From NCBI GenBank assembly GCA_044892525.1, contig CM097888.1, positions 46,252,001 to 46,316,000 of the forward strand: a stretch of 64,000 nucleotides of DNA. Direction: 5' to 3'. The notes under the pieces were generated by a model. That model was not told the DNA's origin and did no database searches. It worked only from the letters and a program-made list of their open reading frames with translations. The stretch's first letter is position 1, and each line of letters opens with the position of its first letter. The position numbers and the translations under genes are program-made. Below, piece by piece: positions 19,901 through 28,847 of the stretch. This DNA comes from Schmidtea polychroa. Lineage: Eukaryota.

Positions 19901-22900
19901 ATCAACAACCAACGAAACTAAACATCAAAGAAATCATCGACAACACTACGGAAACCGAAACGGATGAACAATTCCAGAAGCAAAGAGAACCAACGAAAGT
20001 AACACCAGAAGGTCAAACCGATAAAATAATAGATGAATGGAATGAGTGGCTAAGAAATAACGATAGCTCATTACCCAGAACGGATAACGAAAGAAATCCG
20101 AATTACGAAAATACCAGAGAAGCCGGAACGATGATGGAAAAACGGGCAAAAGGAAGACCTAAGAAACAAGGAGAAAAGTCTGAGTTCAAAACCAAAGAAC
20201 AATTAAAGCAAGAACAAGGGCAAGTTCGATTAGAAAAATTGGATAAAATAGTATGGGATCTAAAGGAAGCCCAACCAACGATCGAAAGAGGAGAAAAATG
20301 GATACGAGAATTGATCAAAGATATGTTAATAATAACAAACCCACAACTTAGACGTTTGTGGCAACGGAAAGTAGCCAGTACGGAAGCTAGACAATTATGG
20401 CACATCGTTTCGGGGATAATCCCAAAGTTAATCAAAGAGAAAACGAAAACCACCAAAACGGATTGGGATGAAACGAAGAGAGTGATTGCACAACTCACGA
20501 CAAATGCAAATGATGACGAACATCATCTAGTGGTAATCACGTATTTGATGTATAATTTGATGGGACTAGCTGCGAGGAAAATACCAAATAAACAGTTTGC
20601 AAATCATGTGGAAATGACCGTTTCAATCATAGAAAATACTATTGAACCACATATTATTCGTGCCGGAGGATGGAAAAGACTGATACAAGCGCCACGAAAA
20701 AATGAGCAAGAAAGGTCGATGCAAGTTAGATTGAAAAAACTGTTAAATGAACTAGAATGGGAACTACCGATGAAAGATCCCGCAAGCAGAAAAGCATCAA
20801 TAAATTCGTTAATGATGACTATGATGATATGGATGTTGTGCACAAGTGGAGCAACGGGTTTTACCATCTACGATTGTGATAATATGATAATGAGAGATAT
20901 ATACTCATTGAGAGACATAGAAGAATGCAGACAAGCATCACCCAACAAATTAGACATAGTAAGAACAAAAGTTACTTACCATGTATATCAGGAATCAGAT
21001 TTCATCAGAACGCAAGCAAGGGAATGCGTGGTATCAAAAAAGGTACTCGCATATTACTGTGGACAATATTCGTATTCGACTCTTATACTACCCGGCCTGG
21101 ACAAAGAAATCGTATCAATACAACGAGAGGACTGTAAAGAGCTATTTAGAACCGGAGCGTTAAAAATGCATAACGGAGTGACGATTCACGGACAAACTGG
21201 AATGATTAAAACCGAAAGTGTTTACGTATCCGGAAAAGTAAAATCATCAGATGGGTCATGTAACGGAGGTACGTATACGATCCGAGGCGAGGTAATATCG
21301 GGAGTAGTAGTGATCGAGTCTTATACGGTTGAATTAAAAGAATACGAAGCGCAATTTGACGCAAATAATTACCAAATGAAGACCAACCCAGCGTGTAGGG
21401 CTACAGAAAACGTATGCAGGACAGGAGTATCAACTATAATCTATGAAGCTAATACCCAAAAATGCCGACTCCAACTGTTAAAAAGTGCCTTGTTCAATGA
21501 AGTAAAAGGAGAAATATATGAGAACGAGAACGACGAGGATGGAAACGACAGGGTGAGAATGCGAAATGGAAAACCAATGCCACCATCTCCCAGAGAAAAG
21601 AGACTTTCAACGCAGAAGACACCAACAGCATTAATCACAGACGATCCAGATCTAGGTATGAGATTTATCAAAGAGAAAGAAACCACCAAATGTGACAGTA
21701 TAGTATATAAAACCAATTACGCAGGCATCTATATGTCGAGACAAATAATCGATAGAGCAGTGGGAAAGATAGCAACGGAGGACGTAAAACTATACTTATA
21801 TGCAAATAATAAAATGGATTTTCTATTTCATCGCGGACAAACGACCTTGCAAAAAGTATATTACGATCTGATACAAAACGATTGTTCATTGAATAAAGAA
21901 ATATTGAAAACAAAGCTAGCTATTGCGATAACGCACCCAGATAACACGATGCCATCACTCCCATTACCGGATGGACATTTTGGTAGAATGGTAGGAGAAG
22001 TAATGTACACATACCAGTGTACCAAGACGTATGCACGAATGCCAGAAAAATCTATACTACCCGAAAAGAGATGTGCAAATGAATTAGAAATCCGTTATAA
22101 AGGACAAAATCGATTCGTCCAACCAGTCACTAGAATTATGAATCCAGTGGGTTTCTACCCAAATCTCTTTAACTGTTCTAATGCATACGGACCTTTGTAT
22201 GAAAGGCCCGATGGGAAATGGATGATGTTACCGGGAAAAACCATATCCGAGGAGCCCAAGAAATTTGGATTAATAGAACTCGCCACAGAGCTGGATTTCA
22301 AACCTATAGACGTGTCAAACGGTGGTATGTATTCCCCAGAAGATCTAGAAACAGCACGACTTAACGTACTCTTCCCAGCCAGACGAGAATCCATTTTGTC
22401 AAATATGGTTACAATAACGGGGGGAACAAATTATCAATCAGGCCCGAATTACGAACTGCTACTATCGCCAGACCATTTTCAACAAGCCACGTCAAACATG
22501 ATGAAAGCAATGTGGGGAAGATTCTTAGTTTTTGGACAAATGATGGCCGGGATATTAGGGATCATACTCATAATTCAGATAGTCAGGGTAATATTAACAC
22601 AAATGTTAGCTTGTTTTGATATATACAAGCGGGAAAAGAAAGTAAATTGGAAAATGATAGTAGGCTTTCTACCATTTTTAGCAAAAACCATGGTATTACA
22701 TGGTCACTCAAAAGACATTCATCGGATAAAGCGATTGATTAAAATATTAACAAAGATTAAAGGAACCGACGAAGAAGTAGGCAGACGATTCCGGAAAGTA
22801 ATGTACGATGAAGCAACAAGACGACAATTGAAAAAGAATAAGCCAAAATTCTTGGACCGATTTAGAAGCCAATCATCTAACAGCGATAGTGACGACGATG

Positions 22901-25900
22901 ATAACGGGAACGACAAATGTCTATATCCAAACAGAAACCCAAACGAAAAACCAATGGAAACGGCACCATATTGGGAAAAGGAAAAGACAAATACCTGGAT
23001 CGCCAATGGAAGCTACATACCACCGGATATCGTGGGACCACAAGCAGCTTTGACCATGACACAAAATATGTATCCGCAATTACCAAGTCAACCCGGTATG
23101 CATTATATGCCAACACGACGTACCAAAAGTGTAGATCAAGCAGATGACGTAAGAACAATAGCAGCGATGAGTCTACCTGGAGGTCCAGCAGTAACAGTTA
23201 TGATTCGAATCAATGGTAAAGAAACCAATGCTATGATAGACACCGGAGTTAATGTATCAGCGATAGCGATTAATCAAATCCCCAGTAAACACTGGAAAGA
23301 TATCGAATCAACAACAATTCACATCATAGCATGTAGTAAAGAAACAGTGGACGTGGTCGGAAGATGGTGGACTACTTTGAGATACCAGGACAACGAAATT
23401 GAAACGTATTTGGCAGTAATACCAAAACTTAGCGTACCATGCATAATCGGAACGGATTTGATGCCAGAATTGTTAAAAGAAGTCGTAATTGACTTAACAA
23501 CCATGTGTTTAAAAGACAAAACCGGTAGAATATGCAAAATGAATGCAGTCATCAGATGTCCAGAAAAAATAATAGTACCAGCAAAATCGCAGATGATTTG
23601 TCAGATAAAAGTGGATACGGGTATGGAAGGAGAAGTTATCTTTGAACCAAGCAAGTCATTTGAAAAGCGACGAGAATTACCACTCGCAAGAGAAATAATC
23701 ACAATAAACCAAGAAGGAGTGATACCGCTCAACATCACGAATTTCGAAGAGGAAGACAAAATCATTTATGAGAACGAAAAATTGGGAAGATTGACCCCAA
23801 TGATGGACATAGAATTACCGAAAATGACCAACGAGATGAGCAAAGATGATGAATTATGGACAATAGATAGTATGTTGTTGACGAATGATGAAAAGAAAAA
23901 ATTGCACCGATTGTTGGTAGAATATAAAGATATATTCGCCATCTCAGATTTAGACTTGGGTACATGCGATGTTACCCTACATGCAATACCCCTCATAGAT
24001 GAAACTCCAATTGCATTAAGACCATACAAGCTAGCAGAAATGCAAAAAGAAATAGCCGAAGCAGAAGTACAAAAGATGCTGGACGCAAAAGTAATCGAAC
24101 CGAGTTGCTCACCCTGGCAATTCCCAGTGGTCATGGTAAAAAAGAAAGATGGCACCCAACGATTCTGTATCGATTATCGGAAGTTAAACGCAGTAACCAA
24201 GAGAGATACCTATCCATTGCCGGACATCAATGAGATGTTATTGATGTTGCAAGGGGCAGCATATTTTACTTCTTTAGATCTTAAAAGTGGATACTGGCAA
24301 ATTAAAGTCAAAGATGAGGACAAAGAGAAAACAGCTTTCACGTTGGGACGAGATCTATATCAATTCAGGAAAATGCCATTCGGACTAACCAACGCACCAG
24401 CATCATTTCAACGATGTATGAACTTTGTCACTCATGGAATCAAACAATGTATGGTATATATTGATGATTTACTAATCTATTCAGCGACATTTGAACAACA
24501 TCTGGAAGATATCCGAAACGTATTTATTAGATTAAGACAGTGGAAACTCAAACTCAAACCATCAAAATGCGATTGGGCAAAGGAAAAAGTCACGTTTTTG
24601 GGACACATAGTGTCAGCTAAAGGAAAGGAGCCAGATCCAAGAAACATTGAGAAAATAAAAACATGTCCAGCACCGAAAACTGTCACCCAAGTTCAGGAAT
24701 TTCTAGGATTATGCGGATACTATCGCAAATTTATCAAAAATTATGCAGGAATTGCAAAACCAATCCAGGAATTAGTAAAGAAGGACATTTCGTTCATTTG
24801 GGGGAAGGAACAACAAGAGGCGTTTGAAACGCTGAGAGATAAACTAATCGAAGCACCTATCCTCGTACACCCAGATTTTAAGAAGCCATTTCTATTGGCA
24901 ACGGATGCAAGCGGGTACGCGGCAGGCGCGATTCTGGGACAATTAGACGATGAAGGAAAAGAGAGAGTAATCGGGTATTACAGTCGAACATTCAAAAAGC
25001 ACGAAAAGAACTATTCGGTAACAGAACGAGAAGCATTGGCTATAATACAAGCTATCAAACACTTCCGATACTTACTATGGGGACATGAGATATGTATAAC
25101 CACAGATCATCAACCATTAGTGTGGTTATGGCAACATAAAGAAGCGTCCAGTAGACTGATGAGATGGGCCATGCAATTGCAAGAATACTCCCCATTTATA
25201 AAATTCAAAGCGGGAAGAGCAAATGCCAACGCCGATTGTATGTCAAGATTTATTTTTCCAGATTTGGTAGATTCAGAAATGCAAAGCATATGCTTAATAG
25301 TAGCGGAAGATTTGGATTTCTGTCAATTGCGAAAGGACCAACAAGAGGACGCGGAATTAAAACAAATTATCGATTATGTAAAAACCGGAAAGACAGATGT
25401 ATATGCGAAAGACCAAAAATTAAAAGAACATATGGATAAACACCAACACCGATATATTATAGAGAAAGATTGGTTGCTGATAATGGATGGGGAAAAACGA
25501 TTAATGTGTATACCGGAAAACCGACGAAAAGAGTTGTTAACGCAATATCACGATGGGAGATTGGGAGGACATATGTCATCGAAAAAGACGTTAGCAAGAA
25601 TGAAACAGAAATATTTTTGGCCTACGTTAACCGAAGACGTAACCGAATGGGTAAAAAATTGCCTAACTTGTGCGACCAGGAAAAATACTGGATCGAAATG
25701 GAAAGCACCTTTGACGCCAATGCCGGTACCAATAGAGCCGATGACGATGATATCCATGGACGTAGTTGGTCCACTACCAGAGTCAGATAAAGGAAATATT
25801 TACATTTTAGTGATTACCGACTTTCTCACGAAATTTCCAGAAGCATTCGCGATGCCAGACCAAAAAGCTAAAACAATCGCAAAAATTTTGGTAGAAGAGA

Positions 25901-28485
25901 TATGTTGCCGATATGGAACACCAAAACAGATATTAACCGATCAGGGAACTAATTTTATGAGTGAGATAATGAGCGAAGTAACGAACTATTTCAAAATCGC
26001 AAAATTGAGAACAGCACCGTATCATCCTCAAACCAATGGGATGACGGAAAGATTTAATGGAACACTTATACAAATGTTATCAAACTACGTCGACCGTCAC
26101 CAACGAGATTGGGACGAATATATAAACCTATGTCTTATGGCGTACAGAATGTCGATTCACGCATCAACGAAAATGAGCCCATTCAAATTAATGTACGGAA
26201 GAGAATGTAATATGCCAATGGACCTGGAATACCAACCACCGATATCGCAGTATATGGAGATCGATGATTATGTTACGAAATTCAAGGAAAGAATGCAAGA
26301 AATTTGGGAAACTGCGAAATTAAATATCAAGTTCTACCAGGAAAGTTATAAAGATTTACACGATCGAAAGAAAAACGTGAAGCAACATACGTTTCAAACA
26401 GGTGATTGGGTAATGATAGAAACCCCGGAATTAATTCCAGGAACCACAAAAAAGTTACAACGCAACGGAAAAGGACCATATGAGATCTTATTCGTAGGCG
26501 AAACCAATGTAAGAGTGAAATTGGTAAATAATCCATTCACCAGGCCAATATACGTAAACGTGGCACGATGTAAATCAATTCCAAAAACCGCCACCAGTCA
26601 ACCGGAAGGTCGAACATTAACCACACGTTCGCAAACCTACAAAATGAACATGATGCAACAACTCGCAGAACCGATCACTGGACGATTGGTCATACAACCA
26701 TCGGAAGCGGAAAAAATCGTACGAGAGGTAAAGACAAAATTACCCGGATGGGCAAAAGATCGATTAGATTTCGAAATATTAGGAGGATTATTGACGATGA
26801 TCGAAAACTATGCAAATAGAGAAAGGACACACCCATTATTGCGAGTAGTCAAAAGCCAATGGCCAATATTATTCACAATAACAGATCATTATGGAGACAC
26901 ACCATTACACAAACTCATGAAAGTAGGTAACAACGAGCAAATACTGGAAACAATAGAAGCATTTCACGACTGCAAGCGATCAACAGAACAAGAAAACAAC
27001 CAAGGTTACACACCATTAATGATAGCAGCAAACAGAGGCAAAACAAAAGACATCATAACCGCATTACTTGATACTGGATCAAAAATAACTACACAAGATC
27101 GCGAGCGGAAAAACGCACTACATCATGCTATCGAAGGGAAAAGTACCGAAGCGTTCACATCGTTGATGGAGTTACTATCATATGAGGACAATCAAGAAGT
27201 TGGAAACATGTATGATGGATTATTAACAGCGATCAAAGAGAAACTGACAACAATTACAGGAGTATTAATCACTTGGAGAAACCCAATTAGAAATAATTAT
27301 ATGATCAACGTAAACGAAGCATTCACGAAAGGGGAGAACACGCTTATGAGAGAAGCTATGAAAGGACATCATTTATTCGAAATCCCGAATCAATTGTTAG
27401 AACGAGGGATAACATTCACAAATCATAAGGATGAGCAGTTATTAAAAAAGCGAATAGACGCATTCGAAAAATCAATATTCCAATTTACTAACCAAGTACG
27501 GAATAAATATTGGGAAACGGTAAGTGTGTTATATATGATGGACACAATGAATAACATCCGCGAGAATTACCTGGATATTATCCAAATACTTACAGCAGAG
27601 GAACGAATCAATAATCCAAACGGAAAGAAAACGAAAATAAGGTATGGGAAATCAAGGGAACCAAAGTCGACAACGAACCAAACGGTCACAAACAACGTCA
27701 TCGAAACCAAATCAATGAGTATAGATCAAGAGGCAATAATACGCAAAGCAAAAGAAGTATTCTTCGAGGAAACGCTAGAGCTGTCAGACGAAATAATATT
27801 GTCAAAAATAATAAAAGCCGTACACACATACGCAAGAGATCAAACCACGGGTTTAGATATCGGGAAAATCAAAACCTTCTTGCCTCGAGCATTTACGATG
27901 GTGACGAAAGATTCAAGAACACCATTACAACAAGCAATACTAGCTGCAAAAGAGAATAGAGCAATAACGATCATAAGAATCCTTGGGGATATGGGCGAGG
28001 AAACCAACACGAAAAATGAACAAGGCGAAACCGCCATGATGTATGCAGCTATAACAAAAATACACCCAAAAACACTCCACATCCTACATCAATCAGGATC
28101 GAGACTAGACGAAAAATCAAACGAAGGGAACTCCACATTGGACTGGGCAACCATACAGCCAAACTTGGAAATGATCAGATTTATTTGCAAAAATGCGACA
28201 AAAGAAGAAGTTGAAAATATGTGCAAAAACACATCTCAATTTCAATGGAATACGGTACGGAAAAATCTAGAAGCAATGAAATTATTATTAACATGGAGGG
28301 TACCACAAAATAATAAATATGCGATAAACATAAACGAATTCTACGAAAACGGAGAAAACGCAATGGTAAAGAATACATTAACTAAAGGGGGGACACCAAA
28401 AATTATTTTAATAGTATTAAACAGAGAAGACCTCAAAATCAGAACGAGTTACAACGAGTTGGAAAACATCGTCGTATTCAATTGA
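16009..28485 (+). CDS. 4158-aa Gag-accessory-Env-Pol-ankyrin polyprotein
   Basis: Single uninterrupted ORF; domain motifs are listed in the sub-features. Confidence 0.97.
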   Translation: MTNVVKTDEYKEKFRGEPFNGNANKLATFITNFEVYITVCGWTPEAISKRMPLFLCDSALEVYLEAKERDTKLEKWEDIKTFLKKTFGASKPINQALGELANRKQRANESITLYASELRRLAKKAMNGKLPEENLIGYFIEGLRREEVRASVGCQMCKTLEEAIDWATRCELHLPAQMNIMQEEGRIMTAIAKADNGDNNNQEPKMNQFIPGAHQIFKPPQGRSNGNNGNRNNPNNENNFNNRRNMNDNKQCRTCGKPGHWDRDCYRNSNCNRCGRRGHTENVCQLRGCFNCGQPGHISRDCRERGQQQRPPQRNNNYMANPQRQSNPSEGKQMNVMQEISQMKQMMQQMMRPRPESAPQQTQNIRMMRSTENLNNYEVHQHVQEWQRLQAEEERIKQERNQQRQEQPLRINMMKLVKDMKSQYCYNYGKNPRVVPMTEPEKVTETTTEMKTENSTTILKGNPRIQKIFWKKIKDKIEKEHNKAKAETEDENNKSKEQTSQLNHQMLQELESEETTIFERKKLKRVPRMRNLQINMMKRTKDVASSDEEEDYVSSLGGEILQLNEISEPPKGEIKEEESESEITSGSEDEDIEIKLRKAREEAIKQVAEILPAVVRNQEFIDVIPFRRFVQKVMKLERNEKDLIPNEEKSIIKKYMEKMKQADTTRYVIKIGTSRGLERMWIKSTVTDELFDWIREHLGNSRKKEYLYQYQGEQIKPDMHLVDALIWPGETQILKLHKEKQPANLYDWAKDAKAEYDFNIKLKLEQIKQCTLRRNLDKLIKQIQEQVEDNWELLITRRAPAMYELMSRLRDTEMLRMSDWRTINLIHKYGRLKETQPQRLEITIWLPNEEKRRIKMSNRSTVDDLVSKINQEITEKVRSESSDGMVDDVVMMYDKIILRAEDDTSLSELGMWNNHQIIRIVPMDEFRTRDVIYQKEIRDRMKTLYQKSTEIIEIHQQWLKEKELQGKITKLSTRSCRRTPWERVWNAENKEWEIRKGIFVETDIGETESESEEEEEEPPEYEEEARGQTSDDESETDVTSESENEARHIHAMRKKEREYADMDGEEATEAREREEKERYKQLGDILAMGAKNQKRQVVALANIILKTSENIHNLRGMAKAIEEYRQYNEWYPEQLEQIIRKWRNQEWAQDTQERNHIRIKYPDKSIEELEVHPTTKIRELKKKLAYETPFHLQLFGKSLDDNADVGITPMRLEETNVLTMAETLGKPLKRKSKITKPTKSSLSTPSPNKAPSKSNETEEVEEIILEDSDDEPGERSPLLVRWPTGAEMWTNNQPSTSYQQPTKLNIKEIIDNTTETETDEQFQKQREPTKVTPEGQTDKIIDEWNEWLRNNDSSLPRTDNERNPNYENTREAGTMMEKRAKGRPKKQGEKSEFKTKEQLKQEQGQVRLEKLDKIVWDLKEAQPTIERGEKWIRELIKDMLIITNPQLRRLWQRKVASTEARQLWHIVSGIIPKLIKEKTKTTKTDWDETKRVIAQLTTNANDDEHHLVVITYLMYNLMGLAARKIPNKQFANHVEMTVSIIENTIEPHIIRAGGWKRLIQAPRKNEQERSMQVRLKKLLNELEWELPMKDPASRKASINSLMMTMMIWMLCTSGATGFTIYDCDNMIMRDIYSLRDIEECRQASPNKLDIVRTKVTYHVYQESDFIRTQARECVVSKKVLAYYCGQYSYSTLILPGLDKEIVSIQREDCKELFRTGALKMHNGVTIHGQTGMIKTESVYVSGKVKSSDGSCNGGTYTIRGEVISGVVVIESYTVELKEYEAQFDANNYQMKTNPACRATENVCRTGVSTIIYEANTQKCRLQLLKSALFNEVKGEIYENENDEDGNDRVRMRNGKPMPPSPREKRLSTQKTPTALITDDPDLGMRFIKEKETTKCDSIVYKTNYAGIYMSRQIIDRAVGKIATEDVKLYLYANNKMDFLFHRGQTTLQKVYYDLIQNDCSLNKEILKTKLAIAITHPDNTMPSLPLPDGHFGRMVGEVMYTYQCTKTYARMPEKSILPEKRCANELEIRYKGQNRFVQPVTRIMNPVGFYPNLFNCSNAYGPLYERPDGKWMMLPGKTISEEPKKFGLIELATELDFKPIDVSNGGMYSPEDLETARLNVLFPARRESILSNMVTITGGTNYQSGPNYELLLSPDHFQQATSNMMKAMWGRFLVFGQMMAGILGIILIIQIVRVILTQMLACFDIYKREKKVNWKMIVGFLPFLAKTMVLHGHSKDIHRIKRLIKILTKIKGTDEEVGRRFRKVMYDEATRRQLKKNKPKFLDRFRSQSSNSDSDDDDNGNDKCLYPNRNPNEKPMETAPYWEKEKTNTWIANGSYIPPDIVGPQAALTMTQNMYPQLPSQPGMHYMPTRRTKSVDQADDVRTIAAMSLPGGPAVTVMIRINGKETNAMIDTGVNVSAIAINQIPSKHWKDIESTTIHIIACSKETVDVVGRWWTTLRYQDNEIETYLAVIPKLSVPCIIGTDLMPELLKEVVIDLTTMCLKDKTGRICKMNAVIRCPEKIIVPAKSQMICQIKVDTGMEGEVIFEPSKSFEKRRELPLAREIITINQEGVIPLNITNFEEEDKIIYENEKLGRLTPMMDIELPKMTNEMSKDDELWTIDSMLLTNDEKKKLHRLLVEYKDIFAISDLDLGTCDVTLHAIPLIDETPIALRPYKLAEMQKEIAEAEVQKMLDAKVIEPSCSPWQFPVVMVKKKDGTQRFCIDYRKLNAVTKRDTYPLPDINEMLLMLQGAAYFTSLDLKSGYWQIKVKDEDKEKTAFTLGRDLYQFRKMPFGLTNAPASFQRCMNFVTHGIKQCMVYIDDLLIYSATFEQHLEDIRNVFIRLRQWKLKLKPSKCDWAKEKVTFLGHIVSAKGKEPDPRNIEKIKTCPAPKTVTQVQEFLGLCGYYRKFIKNYAGIAKPIQELVKKDISFIWGKEQQEAFETLRDKLIEAPILVHPDFKKPFLLATDASGYAAGAILGQLDDEGKERVIGYYSRTFKKHEKNYSVTEREALAIIQAIKHFRYLLWGHEICITTDHQPLVWLWQHKEASSRLMRWAMQLQEYSPFIKFKAGRANANADCMSRFIFPDLVDSEMQSICLIVAEDLDFCQLRKDQQEDAELKQIIDYVKTGKTDVYAKDQKLKEHMDKHQHRYIIEKDWLLIMDGEKRLMCIPENRRKELLTQYHDGRLGGHMSSKKTLARMKQKYFWPTLTEDVTEWVKNCLTCATRKNTGSKWKAPLTPMPVPIEPMTMISMDVVGPLPESDKGNIYILVITDFLTKFPEAFAMPDQKAKTIAKILVEEICCRYGTPKQILTDQGTNFMSEIMSEVTNYFKIAKLRTAPYHPQTNGMTERFNGTLIQMLSNYVDRHQRDWDEYINLCLMAYRMSIHASTKMSPFKLMYGRECNMPMDLEYQPPISQYMEIDDYVTKFKERMQEIWETAKLNIKFYQESYKDLHDRKKNVKQHTFQTGDWVMIETPELIPGTTKKLQRNGKGPYEILFVGETNVRVKLVNNPFTRPIYVNVARCKSIPKTATSQPEGRTLTTRSQTYKMNMMQQLAEPITGRLVIQPSEAEKIVREVKTKLPGWAKDRLDFEILGGLLTMIENYANRERTHPLLRVVKSQWPILFTITDHYGDTPLHKLMKVGNNEQILETIEAFHDCKRSTEQENNQGYTPLMIAANRGKTKDIITALLDTGSKITTQDRERKNALHHAIEGKSTEAFTSLMELLSYEDNQEVGNMYDGLLTAIKEKLTTITGVLITWRNPIRNNYMINVNEAFTKGENTLMREAMKGHHLFEIPNQLLERGITFTNHKDEQLLKKRIDAFEKSIFQFTNQVRNKYWETVSVLYMMDTMNNIRENYLDIIQILTAEERINNPNGKKTKIRYGKSREPKSTTNQTVTNNVIETKSMSIDQEAIIRKAKEVFFEETLELSDEIILSKIIKAVHTYARDQTTGLDIGKIKTFLPRAFTMVTKDSRTPLQQAILAAKENRAITIIRILGDMGEETNTKNEQGETAMMYAAITKIHPKTLHILHQSGSRLDEKSNEGNSTLDWATIQPNLEMIRFICKNATKEEVENMCKNTSQFQWNTVRKNLEAMKLLLTWRVPQNNKYAININEFYENGENAMVKNTLTKGGTPKIILIVLNREDLKIRTSYNELENIVVFN
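17998..19668 (+). other. Region with up to three ubiquitin-like (beta-grasp) domains (~17998-18216, 18523-18771, 19474-19668)
   Basis: HIRIKYPDKSIEELEVHPTTKIRELKKKL...LQLFGKSLDD and LEITIWLPNEEKRRIKMSNRSTVDDLVSKI...MMYDKIIL..DDTSLSELGM follow the ubiquitin pattern I.V...tI..LK..I...L.F.GK.L.D..tL...GI. The first copy is weaker. Confidence 0.6.
20290..20688 (+). other. Bcl-2-like helical domain (putative)
   Basis: TIEPHIIRAGGWKRL matches BH2 (W/HI...GGW). DEHHLVVITYL sits at the BH1 position with Bcl-2-like spacing to GGW, but NWGR is not conserved. Confidence 0.55.
20797..22704 (+). other. Envelope glycoprotein, chuvirus-G-like (putative class III fusogen), in frame between gag and protease
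   Basis: Internal signal sequence (..MMIWMLCTSGATG|F). Motifs recalled from chuvirus-type G: YDC..YSL.DIEEC, EC......YYCG, NNKMDF..C, GEVMYTYQC, GGMYSPEDL..LFPARR, WGRFLVFG..AGILGI(TM). Furin-type REKR at 21592-21603. Confidence 0.8.
23170..23538 (+). other. Retroviral-type aspartic protease
   Basis: AMIDTGVNVS (DTG at 23239) and IIGTDL flap/helix motif. Confidence 0.93.
23930..25260 (+). other. Reverse transcriptase and RNase H (Ty3/gypsy type)
   Basis: RT motifs SPW, RFCIDYRKLN, LDLKSGYWQI, MPFGLTNAPASFQR and YIDD (24457). RNase H motifs TDAS, YSVTEREALA and TDHQPL. Confidence 0.98.
25300..26580 (+). other. Integrase (HHCC, D-D35-E, GPY/F)
   Basis: HDGRLGGH..CLTC; D at 25759, D at 25939, E at 26047 (35-residue spacing); KKL...GKGPYEI. 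Confidence 0.97.
26656..28482 (+). other. Ankyrin-repeat region, two ~340-aa duplicated units
   Basis: GDTPLH, GYTPLMIAA, KNALHHAI, RTPLQQAI, GETAMMYAA and GNSTLDWA. LITWRNPIRNNYMINVNE..GEN and LLTWRVPQNNKYAININE..GEN lie 1020 nt apart. Confidence 0.88.
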
Positions 28486-28518
28486 GAGAGTTAGTCAAAG
28501 AATGGAATAGAAAGAGAC

Positions 28519-28839
28519 ATGCTGCAACGGGTAGAAGAGTTTGAATTCGAAGCAAAATTAGCAAGAAACAGAGTGCTAACAGCATATCGCAGATTATTGA
28601 ACGATATAAATGTCGAGGACGACATTTTAAACGACAGCGGGGAAATAAACACGATGACAATGACGGAAATGGCCGAAAAGAGGATAAAGGGAAAAGAGAA
28701 CCGGAAGAGGATAAACCGGAAAACAAGGATTTGGATACGAAAAGAGAGGGAAACAGCCCGGGAACCAAGACCAAAGAGGAGGAAAAACCGAATAATGGAA
28801 AACAGAGGGTATGCCTACCTTTCACTAACAAAGAAATAG
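28519..28839 (+). CDS. Copy of the 106-aa basic protein
   Basis: Identical to 2338..2658 (+26181). Confidence 0.45.
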   Translation: MLQRVEEFEFEAKLARNRVLTAYRRLLNDINVEDDILNDSGEINTMTMTEMAEKRIKGKENRKRINRKTRIWIRKERETAREPRPKRRKNRIMENRGYAYLSLTKK

Positions 28840-28847
28840 AGACAAAT

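Noticed and set aside
23930-26580. BEL/Pao classification suggested by the chuvirus-like env
   Set aside because: The RT/RH/IN motifs (RFCIDYRKLN, MPFGL.NAP, TDAS, GPY/F) and CCHC Gag are Ty3/gypsy-type.
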